A stretch of 32,000 bases of DNA from Methanopyrus kandleri AV19. Its GTDB lineage: Archaea > JAADCQ01 > Methanopyri > Methanopyrales > Methanopyraceae. Within the stretch, counting starts at the first letter, position 1; the number at the start of each line of letters is the position of its first letter. Position numbers and translations under genes: made by a program. The stretch spans positions 810,001 through 842,000 of the forward strand of contig NC_003551.1 in NCBI RefSeq assembly GCF_000007185.1, in the 5' to 3' direction. Positions 1-8,236 of the stretch are shown here, one piece after another. The notes below the pieces were generated by a model. That model did no database searches. It saw nothing but the letters and a program-made list of their open reading frames with translations, and was not told the origin of the DNA.

Positions 1-419
1 GCAGCTACACTTGCCGGGATCTTCGGATCCTCTACGGCGACTTCAACCACATAAGCGTTCACGGAGTTCAAGAACACTGCCGGAGCTTTTCCGAGTCCCG
101 CTTTCCTTAACGCCTGACTCAGTTCCTGCGCTATATCGTACTTCGACACCGGAGTGGGCGCCTTCACTATGATGTACGCGTCACACGATGAAGGTGCTGT
201 CCTGATCCCTCCCACCCTGATCACGTAAGGACACTTGAGCAGTGCCCGCTTGACATCCCCTGGCTCCACCGATCCCTTGACGTTCGTGATCGCTACGTGA
301 TAACACCCGACTCTGGCTCCCTTTGAAGAGATCGACCACTGGTAAGTTATCACTCCCATCAACGCACCGATAAAGATCGCCGAGATGAGCAGGACGGCTA
401 CGATCTTAGTCCTCAACAC
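1..419 (-). CDS. Partial CDS (3' end outside window): hypothetical protein with N-terminal transmembrane/signal anchor
   Basis: Reverse strand reads GTG TTG AGG ACT AAG... = M-L-R-T-K-I-V-A-V-L-L-I-S-A-I-F-I-G-A-L-M-G-V-I-T-Y..., open to the window edge. Its start overlaps the TAG stop of the upstream 419..1270 gene. Confidence 0.75.
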   Translation of the reverse strand, partial: MLRTKIVAVLLISAIFIGALMGVITYQWSISSKGARVGCYHVAITNVKGSVEPGDVKRALLKCPYVIRVGGIRTAPSSCDAYIIVKAPTPVSKYDIAQELSQALRKAGLGKAPAVFLNSVNAYVVEVAVEDPKIPASVA

Positions 420-1270
420 TACCACCCCTGTCCCCTGGCGATCGCGGTCATCAGGAGGAGGGCCACCGCCCATACTACGGAGTTAGGAGCTAACGGGGAC
501 GTCAGGTACCAGACCACACGGATCGTCGCCTGAAGGAGCATCGGTGTCAGGCCGATGAGAACGGCGATGATCACGTATCGTCGTACGGGAAGCGGTCCTA
601 ACGCCCACACGATGAGCATCCCTAGTCCGATAACCATCGGTTTACACATGAACCCACCATCTACGGCTCCGAGCACTACGAGAAATCCCGCCCATGATAG
701 CAGTAGCGATTCGGCTGCACTCCCGCGCTCGTGGAACACGGCTAATGGTGACAGGATGGCTAAGATCACGTAGGATGCGATTACGGCGGCAGTGAAGATC
801 ACGGCGGCCCACGTGGGCATGAACTTGGACAAAACGGATCCATAATGGTACTTAGTCGGAATCGGACCTATAACGTAGTTCATGACCTTCCCTACGCACG
901 CCTTGAGGGAGTGGGTGTGAGTCAGCGAGGAGGTCTCACCGACCGACGACCCCCCGGACACGACGACCAAAGTGCCAGCTTTCAGGCCGTACGGGGTGTT
1001 GTATTGCAGTATCATCTGAGCCAGGTAGGGGCTCGTAAGGATCAGGAGCGCGAGGCATAATATCAATCTCCCCGAAGCGAGGACCTCGATCCATCGGCTC
1101 GGTATCGAAGGGGATGACCAGAGCAATAGGCACATCAGCCCGAGGTGGGCTAGTAGTATAGCTGGTTTGGCCTCCGTGGATCCCGTTAAAAGTGGGTAGA
1201 AAAACTTCCTGAAAATCCCGTCGAGAGGCGTATCGGCCAGAATAAGGGTGGCAGAGATCGAGAGTAACAC
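419..1270 (-). CDS. Polytopic membrane protein, 283 aa; weak resemblance to the exosortase/archaeosortase core
   Basis: ORF with many hydrophobic segments and tight coupling to the downstream gene. Confidence 0.75.
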   Translation of the reverse strand: MLLSISATLILADTPLDGIFRKFFYPLLTGSTEAKPAILLAHLGLMCLLLWSSPSIPSRWIEVLASGRLILCLALLILTSPYLAQMILQYNTPYGLKAGTLVVVSGGSSVGETSSLTHTHSLKACVGKVMNYVIGPIPTKYHYGSVLSKFMPTWAAVIFTAAVIASYVILAILSPLAVFHERGSAAESLLLSWAGFLVVLGAVDGGFMCKPMVIGLGMLIVWALGPLPVRRYVIIAVLIGLTPMLLQATIRVVWYLTSPLAPNSVVWAVALLLMTAIARGQGW

Positions 1271-1292
1271 GAGCGATGCAGCGAAGTAGAGA

Positions 1293-2264
1293 TTACCCGA
1301 CTTCGAGGATCTCTTCGACGATCTCCGCGACGGCGCTTCGCCCCCTTCTTATGAGCCACTCTCCACGTGGCTTGCGGGCCATCTGGACGGCGTCCTCCGC
1401 ACCGGAGCTTTCGCTTAAGTACATTACCGGTACGCCGGACTCTTCGGCGATCCAATGGCTCAGGTGTTTGGGATGCACTTCCGACACCTTCACGGCCTTC
1501 TTCGCCACCACACAGGCTTCTATCGTGACCCCGAACCCTCCGGCGAACACTACCGTATCGGCCAGCATCATTACTCCGGGTAAATCCACGAATTCCCGAA
1601 CGCACTCGAAGCCCTCTGGAGGGCTTACCCTGAACGGCACCACCACAGGATCGTGGTCCTCGAGATCGGAGAGCAGTCGTCGGGCTCCTTCCTCCGTGAT
1701 GTCGCCACCCAAACATACCAGTACGCGACCTTCGTACTCTTCCGGTACGGGTCCCGGAATACGACCGGATAGGTGGCGGTCCGCTAGGTACTGGGCCAAC
1801 GGTGCCCCGGAAACCACCTTAGTCTCAACTCCCACCCGTCGTTTGAGTACCTCCGCCCACTTCTCCGAGAACGGCACCAGCACACGCGTCGCCCATCGGA
1901 CGGCTTCCACGGGGTTGTACACGTCCATCTCTAAGTGTACGGAGGGGATCCCTAGCATCCGAGATGCTATCAGAGACTTCCTGGCGTCCCCGGTGTTACC
2001 GGATGAAAGTACCACGGAAGCACGCTCCGACGCCAAAGCCCGTACCGTCCGTATTAAGTCAACGGAGAACCCTACGTACCCAAGTAATCCTTGTCTCCGT
2101 CGGGGCTTTCCTAACTGCTTCGTCTCGATACCTTCCCATTTCAGTATCTCGACTCCACGCCCGTGTCCGTATACTGTTACTTCCCACCCTTCCTCCAGGA
2201 GTCGCTCCCACACCGGGAGGAGGTTCTTGGCCGGGGACGGTTCTACGAGACTGAAAGCTTTCAT
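1293..2264 (-). CDS. GT-B type glycosyltransferase, MurG/UDP-GlcNAc transferase-like
   Basis: Start taken at internal MKAFSLVEPSP. Motifs 'VLVCLGGDITEEG', 'GVMMLADTVVFAGGFGVTIEACVVAKKAV' resemble the GT-B C-terminal donor-binding domain. The longer ORF start would overlap hisB. Confidence 0.6.
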   Translation of the reverse strand: MKAFSLVEPSPAKNLLPVWERLLEEGWEVTVYGHGRGVEILKWEGIETKQLGKPRRRQGLLGYVGFSVDLIRTVRALASERASVVLSSGNTGDARKSLIASRMLGIPSVHLEMDVYNPVEAVRWATRVLVPFSEKWAEVLKRRVGVETKVVSGAPLAQYLADRHLSGRIPGPVPEEYEGRVLVCLGGDITEEGARRLLSDLEDHDPVVVPFRVSPPEGFECVREFVDLPGVMMLADTVVFAGGFGVTIEACVVAKKAVKVSEVHPKHLSHWIAEESGVPVMYLSESSGAEDAVQMARKPRGEWLIRRGRSAVAEIVEEILEVG

Positions 2265-2268
2265 CCGC

Positions 2269-2865
2269 TCACCCGCGTCGGAGCGTTCCCTTAGTGGATG
2301 GCACTCCGTCACCGACGATTTCCTTCGCTGCGCCGAGTGCGCGGCCTACGGCCTTAAACATGGCTTCGATGGCGTGATGGTCGTTGTCCCACCACCGTAC
2401 CACCACATGCATGGTTACGCCGGCGTGGTCGCAGAAGCTTTTCCAGAAGTGCGAGACGTTCTCCGTGGATAATGGAGGAGAACCGATTCTATTGCGTCGG
2501 GGTCGGTACCCCTTTAAGACGAAGTAAGGCCTTCCGGAGATATCTACAGCACATTCTACTAGCGCTTCATCCATAGGTACCAGTGCCCATGCGATCCGTC
2601 GGATACCCTCGCGATCTCCGAGTGCTTCGTTCAAGGCTTTACCCAGGCATATACCGACGTCCTCGACGGTGTGATGATCGTCGACCTCTAGGTCGCCTCG
2701 GGCTTTGATCTCAACATCTATACGTCCGTGAAAGGCGAACTGGTGCAGGAGGTGGTCGAAAAACGGAAGACCGGTGTCGACCTTAGCGCGACCGGATCCG
2801 TCTAGGTTCACGCTCACCTCAACTTCCGTTTCCTTCGTCGTACGCTTGACATCCGCCGTCCGCAC
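2269..2865 (-). CDS. hisB: Imidazoleglycerol-phosphate dehydratase
   Basis: 'VNLDGSGRAKVDTGLPFFDHLLHQFAFHGRIDVEI', 'DDHHTVEDVGICLGKAL', 'NDHHAIEAMFKAVGRAL' are HisB signature motifs. GTG start placed at VRTADVKRTT; the ORF is open to 2967. Confidence 0.95.
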   Translation of the reverse strand: MRTADVKRTTKETEVEVSVNLDGSGRAKVDTGLPFFDHLLHQFAFHGRIDVEIKARGDLEVDDHHTVEDVGICLGKALNEALGDREGIRRIAWALVPMDEALVECAVDISGRPYFVLKGYRPRRNRIGSPPLSTENVSHFWKSFCDHAGVTMHVVVRWWDNDHHAIEAMFKAVGRALGAAKEIVGDGVPSTKGTLRRG

Positions 2866-2938
2866 CGAGTTCACCCCATCGCAAACGTCGGTTGGTGGCG
2901 GTAAATAGCACGGACGTGCGGCCCGATCTAGGGTCCCC

Positions 2939-3283
2939 ATGGAGAGGACGGTTTCCATCGTCTGCATCGTCCTAGGTGCCGCGTTACTTTGGATGTCTTC
3001 CGGTGCTTCTCATCAGGTGGTCGGGGCGAGAGAGTTGCAGTCGACCGATGACGGAACATTAGTAAGGGTCAAAGGCGAGGTGCTGCAGGTGAACGTAGTG
3101 AGCGACGGCGCGGAAGTTGTCGTTCTAGACGCGGGGGACGGGACGGTGACCGTGTTCCTCAGTAGGGAAGCCGCAAGTACTTTGGCCCCGACTCCTGGGG
3201 AATCGCTGGAAGTGGTAGGAAGAGTTGAAGAGTATCGAGGGCGGAAGGAAGTCCGTGTGGATTCGCCGGTACGTGCCCGCTAA
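2939..3283 (+). CDS. Exported OB-fold-like small protein
   Basis: N-terminal hydrophobic signal, then 'LVRVKGEVLQVNVVSDGAEVVVLDAGDGTVTVFL...GESLEVVGRVEEYRGRKEVRVDSP', resembling the tRNA_anti/YdeI OB-fold pattern. Confidence 0.6.
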   Translation: MERTVSIVCIVLGAALLWMSSGASHQVVGARELQSTDDGTLVRVKGEVLQVNVVSDGAEVVVLDAGDGTVTVFLSREAASTLAPTPGESLEVVGRVEEYRGRKEVRVDSPVRAR

Positions 3284-4070
3284 GGCTCTCATCGTCGTGA
3301 TCATCACGACGTTAACGGTCCCGTATTTCGTGTTCTACGGTAAGCCGCGCGGTCCCGGGTACCCTACGGAGCTGTACGGATACCGGATCGTACTGGAAGA
3401 TCCGGCGCTCGCGGTAGTGGACGTGGAACCCAGACGGACCCTGCTGTTCAGACACACGCTTACGGTGTCCGATGAAGGTTGGTCCGTACATCCTGTCTTC
3501 GATATACCTCCCCTGATATTCGTGCGCGCGGAGCGCATGGATACTCTTGAAACGGTTAAGAGGAACTTGTGGGCGGTTGTACTACAGGAGGGAGCTGGAC
3601 GGGTGTTCATGCCCGACGAGTTCGTTGAGGGTGGCGTTCCGGGACTCATCACAGGCATCGCCGGCCAGGCTTGGGCCTGGAAACATCTGAAATGGGCCAG
3701 AGAGTTCGGAGTTATTCACGGGCTACGTCGGTACGCTAAGGAGGTCGGACCCGAGCGCATTTCCACTGCCATCTTAGAGGAGTATAGGAGAGCACCGTGG
3801 CGGGCGATCCTAGATTTCTGTGACATGATGAAGAACAGTGACGTAGGGAGGTTCCTGCGCTCACGTGGGCTTTCCTTCCGGGATTTCCTCACCAGTAAAG
3901 ATCCGAAACTAGTAGCGGAGGTCCTAGTCGTGTTGGACCTGGGAAGGCTCGACGAGCGAGTAGTCGATGAAAGAATACGGTACGTGTTGGATGCGAGGGC
4001 TTACCCCATCCCCGAGTCGGAAGAAAAGATCGTGGATAAGGCGGCGCGTGAGCTGCTTCGTCATGGATGA
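3273..4070 (+). CDS. Hypothetical protein with N-terminal hydrophobic segment
   Basis: ORF 3225..4070. A GTG start near 3273 (VPAKALIVVIITTLTVPYF) reduces overlap with the upstream gene. Full-length coding-like composition. Confidence 0.6.
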   Translation: MPAKALIVVIITTLTVPYFVFYGKPRGPGYPTELYGYRIVLEDPALAVVDVEPRRTLLFRHTLTVSDEGWSVHPVFDIPPLIFVRAERMDTLETVKRNLWAVVLQEGAGRVFMPDEFVEGGVPGLITGIAGQAWAWKHLKWAREFGVIHGLRRYAKEVGPERISTAILEEYRRAPWRAILDFCDMMKNSDVGRFLRSRGLSFRDFLTSKDPKLVAEVLVVLDLGRLDERVVDERIRYVLDARAYPIPESEEKIVDKAARELLRHG

Positions 4071-4984
4071 AGCTCGATCCCGAGGGCTTCACAGATCTCC
4101 TTGTACCGGTTTCGGATCGTAACTTCCGTAACTCGAGCAACCTCCGCAATCTCCTTCTGAGTACGTCTCTCTCCCTCGAGGATGGACGCGATGTATAATG
4201 CGGCCGCGGCTACGCCGGCTGGCCCCTTACCCACGGTGATGCCTTTCTCCTTGGCCTTTTCGATGATCTCTTGAGCCTTAGCCTGGACGTTTTCGGAGAC
4301 CCCTAACTTCGAGGCGAACCTGGGTAGGTGATCGGAGGGTTCAGTCGGTTTCTGCTTCAGGTTCAGCCGACGTTGCAGTACTCGATAAGCCCGGAGTATC
4401 TCGTTCTCATCCGAGACTCCGAGCGCCTCCGCGATCTCGCGGGCAGTCCGGGGCACGCGAGCTTCTTTACACGCGGCGAATACCGCCGCTCCCAAAACGC
4501 TCTCTATGCCGCGGCCACGCACGATCCCTTCTTTGTACGCCTTCCTGTATATCGAGGCGGCGAGTTCCCTGACCGACTCGGGTAACTGAAGCTTGGACGC
4601 GAGATTCTCCAGCTCCAGGAACGCCTGGAAAAAGTTCCTTTCCCGACTTCCCGATACTTTGATACGTGCATCCCAGGTGCGAATGCGCCGCATCCGGGGG
4701 TTCTTTTTCCCACCGGAGTCGCGCAACTCCCGGTCTATAATCGTGGAGATGCCCTTATCCGGCAACCTCAGCTTGACGGGCTCTCCAGTTCGAGACCTCC
4801 GTTGTCTCTGGTCCGGGTTAAAGTGCCGCCACTCAGGGCCGGGATCTATCACCGGGTCTTCCGTGACCAGTCCGCAATTCGCGCAGACGTACTCACCCCG
4901 CTCCTCATCGAAAACAATCTCTGCGGAACCACACGCCGGACATTCCTCCGTGAACTTCCCGGTGTTCCTTTCAGAAGCAGCCAT
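4061..4984 (-). CDS. tfb: Transcription initiation factor IIB (TFB)
   Basis: Zinc ribbon 'CPACGSAEIVFDEERGEYVCANCGLV' plus two cyclin-like repeats. Confidence 0.97.
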   Translation of the reverse strand: MAASERNTGKFTEECPACGSAEIVFDEERGEYVCANCGLVTEDPVIDPGPEWRHFNPDQRQRRSRTGEPVKLRLPDKGISTIIDRELRDSGGKKNPRMRRIRTWDARIKVSGSRERNFFQAFLELENLASKLQLPESVRELAASIYRKAYKEGIVRGRGIESVLGAAVFAACKEARVPRTAREIAEALGVSDENEILRAYRVLQRRLNLKQKPTEPSDHLPRFASKLGVSENVQAKAQEIIEKAKEKGITVGKGPAGVAAAALYIASILEGERRTQKEIAEVARVTEVTIRNRYKEICEALGIELHP

Positions 4985-4999
4985 TCTCGATACACCCCA

Positions 5000-5284
5000 T
5001 CATCTGCGGCGGCGGGGCCGACCCCGCCGCCTGCGAGGAGGACGCCTTCGCCGTCGTCTGGGTGGTATGAAGAGCTCCTTCCCGACGAACCTCTCGAGGT
5101 GGTGGCGGGACTTATCTCGGATGGCCACGTAGGGCTTATCCGCGGGCCCAAAAACGTCCACAATAACACCTACACGCTCACGACGGCGAGTTACAACGGG
5201 CGCCCCTAACGGCGGTACGTGATCGGCCCTTGCGATCAGATTTCCCCGGGGCGTAACGTGGAGGGCGCGCCCCAGCCTGCGCAT
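5000..5284 (-). CDS. gar1: H/ACA ribonucleoprotein subunit Gar1 with Arg/Pro-rich C-terminal tail
   Basis: 'GAPVVTRRRERVGVIVDVFGPADKPYVAIRDK' is the Gar1 core. Located directly upstream of tfb, as in many archaea. Confidence 0.85.
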   Translation of the reverse strand: MRRLGRALHVTPRGNLIARADHVPPLGAPVVTRRRERVGVIVDVFGPADKPYVAIRDKSRHHLERFVGKELFIPPRRRRRRPPRRRRGRPRRRR

Positions 5285-5309
5285 GACGACACCGCCTGTG
5301 TGTCATTGT

Positions 5310-5335
5310 TCAACTCGAAGGTTTTATTGTTTTTG
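5310..5335 (-). promoter_or_regulatory. Candidate BRE/TATA promoter for gar1-tfb
   Basis: Minus strand 'CCAAAAACAATAAAACC', an A/T-rich tract about 35 nt upstream of the gar1 start in a GC-rich context. Confidence 0.35.
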
Positions 5336-5361
5336 GCACTCTAGAGCCCACGACTCAGACT

Positions 5362-5835
5362 TCACCTGTTGGCACATTCCGAGCACACATCGAGTTTCTT
5401 GTTGCTCTTGAACTTCTTCCCACACACCTTACACGTACACTCGTACAGCTTTGCTCGCTTACCCTCGAGCTCGGCTTCCCTCTTGATCCGGCATGTCCTC
5501 TCCAGCTCTCGACGGAGGTAGAACCAGGTATCACCGAACACATCCCTGCCACGCATTACTACTCTCCTGGCGACCTCGAGTCCATCGCCGTCTCCATGCA
5601 TAGCACGTACCATGGCACTCAAGAACTGGCGCTCTCGGTACCTGTAAAGGTCTATAGCGTCGTTGGGGCAGACGCGCACGCACTCATCGCAAGCGTCGCA
5701 GGCCTCCAGGTCCGCGATGACCACCTCTTCGCCCTTGATTTTCAACACTCCTCTCTCACAAACTTCCACACAGAGCGCACAGGAGGCTCCCTCACATCTG
5801 GTCCGGTCGATCTCGATCCGACGGACTACCTGCAC
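5362..5835 (-). CDS. 4Fe-4S dicluster ferredoxin-like protein with C-terminal zinc-ribbon-like motif
   Basis: 'CEGASCALCVEVCERGVLKI' and 'CDACDECVRVCPNDAIDL', then C-terminal 'CTCKVCGKKFKSNKKLDVCSEC'. GTG start at VQVVRRIEIDR. Confidence 0.85.
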   Translation of the reverse strand: MQVVRRIEIDRTRCEGASCALCVEVCERGVLKIKGEEVVIADLEACDACDECVRVCPNDAIDLYRYRERQFLSAMVRAMHGDGDGLEVARRVVMRGRDVFGDTWFYLRRELERTCRIKREAELEGKRAKLYECTCKVCGKKFKSNKKLDVCSECANR

Positions 5836-5861
5836 CGAGGCTCCCCCGGGGAGGATCGGAG

Positions 5862-6254
5862 TTGGACGTACGGGTTCGAGAGGATGACGGCGACGTGATC
5901 TTAGAGTTCTATGCGGAGGATGGCAAGTCGGTCGAAGTTTCAACGCGTGCGTTCTACACGGCAGTATACCTGAACCGTCAGGACCCTATCGAGAAAACGA
6001 AGGAGTTGTTCATTAAGGTCTCGAGGATCCTCGGCGAGGAGCAACCCGAGATCTCGGTGCGGCGAGAGGAGGACCCTTCGGGTCACATCCTGAACCCGTG
6101 GGTGGCTAACTCGGAGGGTGCTGACGACGTATGGCCGCTGGTGTTCGAGGTGAGATCGAAGGACGGAGTGGCACGGGAGTTCACGTTACTTGTTCCCGTG
6201 AGGTTAGAGCGTCGACGACTCAGGGAGATACTTTTAAAAGTTTTCAGATCTTGA
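5862..6254 (+). CDS. Hypothetical protein, 130 aa
   Basis: ORF with TTG start (TTG GAC GTA CGG...) and acidic, coding-like composition. Confidence 0.55.
   Translation: MDVRVREDDGDVILEFYAEDGKSVEVSTRAFYTAVYLNRQDPIEKTKELFIKVSRILGEEQPEISVRREEDPSGHILNPWVANSEGADDVWPLVFEVRSKDGVAREFTLLVPVRLERRRLREILLKVFRS
6226..6244 (+). promoter_or_regulatory. Candidate archaeal TATA box upstream of the PhoU-domain gene
   Basis: 'GATACTTTTAAAAG' about 45 nt upstream of the start at 6285. Confidence 0.4.
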
Positions 6255-6284
6255 TCGTCGGGTTTCCACGGAGGTGATATCATC

Positions 6285-7220
6285 TTGTACCCGAGAGGAA
6301 GGGAGGCTACCCTCGCGGCCGTCTTGCATACCATACTGCGGGACCGTCCCTCGACACAGAAAGAGATCGCAGAGAAGGTTGGCGTTTCCCGACGATACGT
6401 GACGGAACTCCTAAGGCCGCTCATCGAGGAGGGCGCCGTTCGAAGGACGTATACCGTCGACATGTCGAAGCTCAGACGCCATTTCCCCGAATTATTCGAG
6501 GAGCTTGGAAACTTCCTGTACGAAGATGTGGAGATGCACTTAGAGGGCGTCCGACCTTACTTCAAACGCATGACCGACCTGACCCTCGAGCAGATCGAGA
6601 CGGCTCTTATCGCGGTCGAGGAGAACCCGGAACAGGCCCCCAAAGTTATCGAGATGGACGAGGAAGTGAACCGGTTGGACGAGGAAATACGTCTCTACGT
6701 CCGGACGCTTCCAGTCCTCCATCCTTGTGAAGAAGCCGGCAAGGTGGCGACCCTACTGCTGGAGATCTCGCACTGCATCGAGCGGATAGGGGACTACGCG
6801 TGCAACATCGCGGAGGTGGCGGAAACACTCGGGACACTGTCCGACCTGCAATGCTGGAGGGAAGTGCGGGAGGCCGCCCTGGAAGCCCGTAGCATGGTGA
6901 AAACCGCCTACAGCATTTTCCTCGGTCGGGTGAAGGAGGAGGACCTGCGCCATGAAGCCGAAAAGGTGTACTGCGCCGAAGATCGTGTCCACAAAAACAT
7001 AATTAGGGCGTGTGAGAAGGCCGTCGAGGAAACGAAAGAGTTTCCTGAAAAGGCCGACCGACTGTTCGGTCTCTCTCGGATCACGAAGGACATCGAGCGT
7101 ATCGCGGATAAGGCTGTAGACGTTGTAGATTTCACGCGCGAGCTCGTAGAGGGTAGGCCCCGGGATCTCACACCTGAGCAGGAGATGAGGAGCACCCTAC
7201 CCGCTGACGGCACTCATTAG
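6285..7220 (+). CDS. Transcriptional regulator: winged HTH fused to PhoU domains
   Basis: 'STQKEIAEKVGVSRRYVTELLRPLIEEGAV' (wHTH) followed by PhoU repeats ('IERIGDYACNIAEVAETL', 'ITKDIERIADKAVDVVDF'). Confidence 0.85.
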   Translation: MYPRGREATLAAVLHTILRDRPSTQKEIAEKVGVSRRYVTELLRPLIEEGAVRRTYTVDMSKLRRHFPELFEELGNFLYEDVEMHLEGVRPYFKRMTDLTLEQIETALIAVEENPEQAPKVIEMDEEVNRLDEEIRLYVRTLPVLHPCEEAGKVATLLLEISHCIERIGDYACNIAEVAETLGTLSDLQCWREVREAALEARSMVKTAYSIFLGRVKEEDLRHEAEKVYCAEDRVHKNIIRACEKAVEETKEFPEKADRLFGLSRITKDIERIADKAVDVVDFTRELVEGRPRDLTPEQEMRSTLPADGTH

Positions 7221-7231
7221 GGGGGTGCCGG

Positions 7232-7948
7232 TTGTACTACATCGGGCTCGGTGGCTTCGGCTGTCGGTTCTCCACTCACGCCTCAAACGCAGGCCTCGAG
7301 GTGATCCTCTGCGCGGGATCCAGAGGAGACCTACTGCGGGTGTCGGAAGGCGAGAAAATCGAGGTGGCCAGCGGTATCGGGTTCAGTCGGGACTGGCGTA
7401 AGGCTTCCGAGGAGCTGCAAGAGCAAGCGGAGACTATCCGTGAGACGTTAGAAAGGGTGGGCGCCGAGGAACCCACGGTCCTCGCTTTCGGTCTCGGTGG
7501 AGCCGTCGGATACGCTTTAGCGCAGCAGATTCTGAAGGAGCCTCCGGTGCCTTTCATCGTACTGACCACGGTTCCGGGAGAATCGGAGGATCCTCAGGTG
7601 CGTCGCAACGCTGCTGAACAGGTGAAGAGCGTCCTGGGAGTGTCCATCAAGCTTCCCGTCCTCTGGGTGGACAACGCGTTAGGTGGGTATGAACGGGTTA
7701 ACAGGGTACTCGAGAGGACACTCCTCGACCTCCGAGACTTCCTGGGCGTGCCCGTGGAGGAGCTCCCGAACTTGGCCGGTAACTACGCGTTGTCACCTTC
7801 GATATCCGGAGAGAAGGTGACCGGGGACGTCGTCAAGACATCGGCGGATGAGGTCAGGAAGCTGGTGAAGAGTAGGGAGCCAGAGGAACACGTGGTTCGA
7901 CGCGAGCGCCGTGGGCCTGACCCGGAGTCGCTGAGAGAATTGTTCTAA
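7232..7948 (+). CDS. Divergent FtsZ/tubulin superfamily-like protein (N-terminal GTPase-domain-like, 238 aa)
   Basis: N-terminal 'YYIGLGGFGCRF' (T1-like), 'PTVLAFGLGGAVGYALAQQIL' (T4-like, degenerate) and 'PFIVLTTVPGESEDPQVRRNAAEQVKSV...LPVLWVDN', following the FtsZ layout. Confidence 0.5.
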   Translation: MYYIGLGGFGCRFSTHASNAGLEVILCAGSRGDLLRVSEGEKIEVASGIGFSRDWRKASEELQEQAETIRETLERVGAEEPTVLAFGLGGAVGYALAQQILKEPPVPFIVLTTVPGESEDPQVRRNAAEQVKSVLGVSIKLPVLWVDNALGGYERVNRVLERTLLDLRDFLGVPVEELPNLAGNYALSPSISGEKVTGDVVKTSADEVRKLVKSREPEEHVVRRERRGPDPESLRELF

Positions 7949-7960
7949 GGGGGAACCGCT

Positions 7961-8197
7961 ATGGCGAGGAAAGCTAGAGTGACGCTCACACTCTCCGAGG
8001 ACGCCTTGGCCCGGGTCCTAGCGACCAAAGACGCCCTCGAGGGAGACAGTATCTCGGCTACCGTCGGTAAGTTGGTGAAGTTCGGGTTCGCGTACCTCAG
8101 GGAGAAGTTCCCCGAACTGTTCGAGGGTATAAATCTCGAGGAGTACCGTGAGAAGGCGCGTGAGCGCTGGTTCGATTCCGGATCCTCTCGGTCATAG
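7961..8197 (+). CDS. Small ribbon-helix-helix-like protein, 78 aa
   Basis: 'KARVTLTLSEDALARVLATKDALEGDSISATVGKLVKFGFAYLREK' has a beta strand plus two helices. It starts 12 nt after the tubulin-like gene. Confidence 0.5.
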   Translation: MARKARVTLTLSEDALARVLATKDALEGDSISATVGKLVKFGFAYLREKFPELFEGINLEEYREKARERWFDSGSSRS

Positions 8198-8209
8198 TTT
8201 TTAAACTCG
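8194..8209 (+). promoter_or_regulatory. Candidate TATA element for argJ
   Basis: 'ATAGTTTTTAAACT' about 30 nt upstream of the argJ start. Confidence 0.35.
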
Positions 8210-8236
8210 GGTCAGGGGCCCCTCCAGGGAACCGCG

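Noticed and set aside
1276-2472. 398-aa plus-strand ORF
   Set aside because: Antisense to the glycosyltransferase gene, Ser/Thr/Arg-rich with no domain logic; a typical shadow ORF in GC-rich DNA.
2671-2677. GTGATGA C-box-like heptamer
   Set aside because: Within hisB antisense, with no D box at guide distance.
3298-3312. Palindrome TCGTGATCATCACGA
   Set aside because: In the coding region of the 3273..4070 gene; short and isolated, no support for a functional site.
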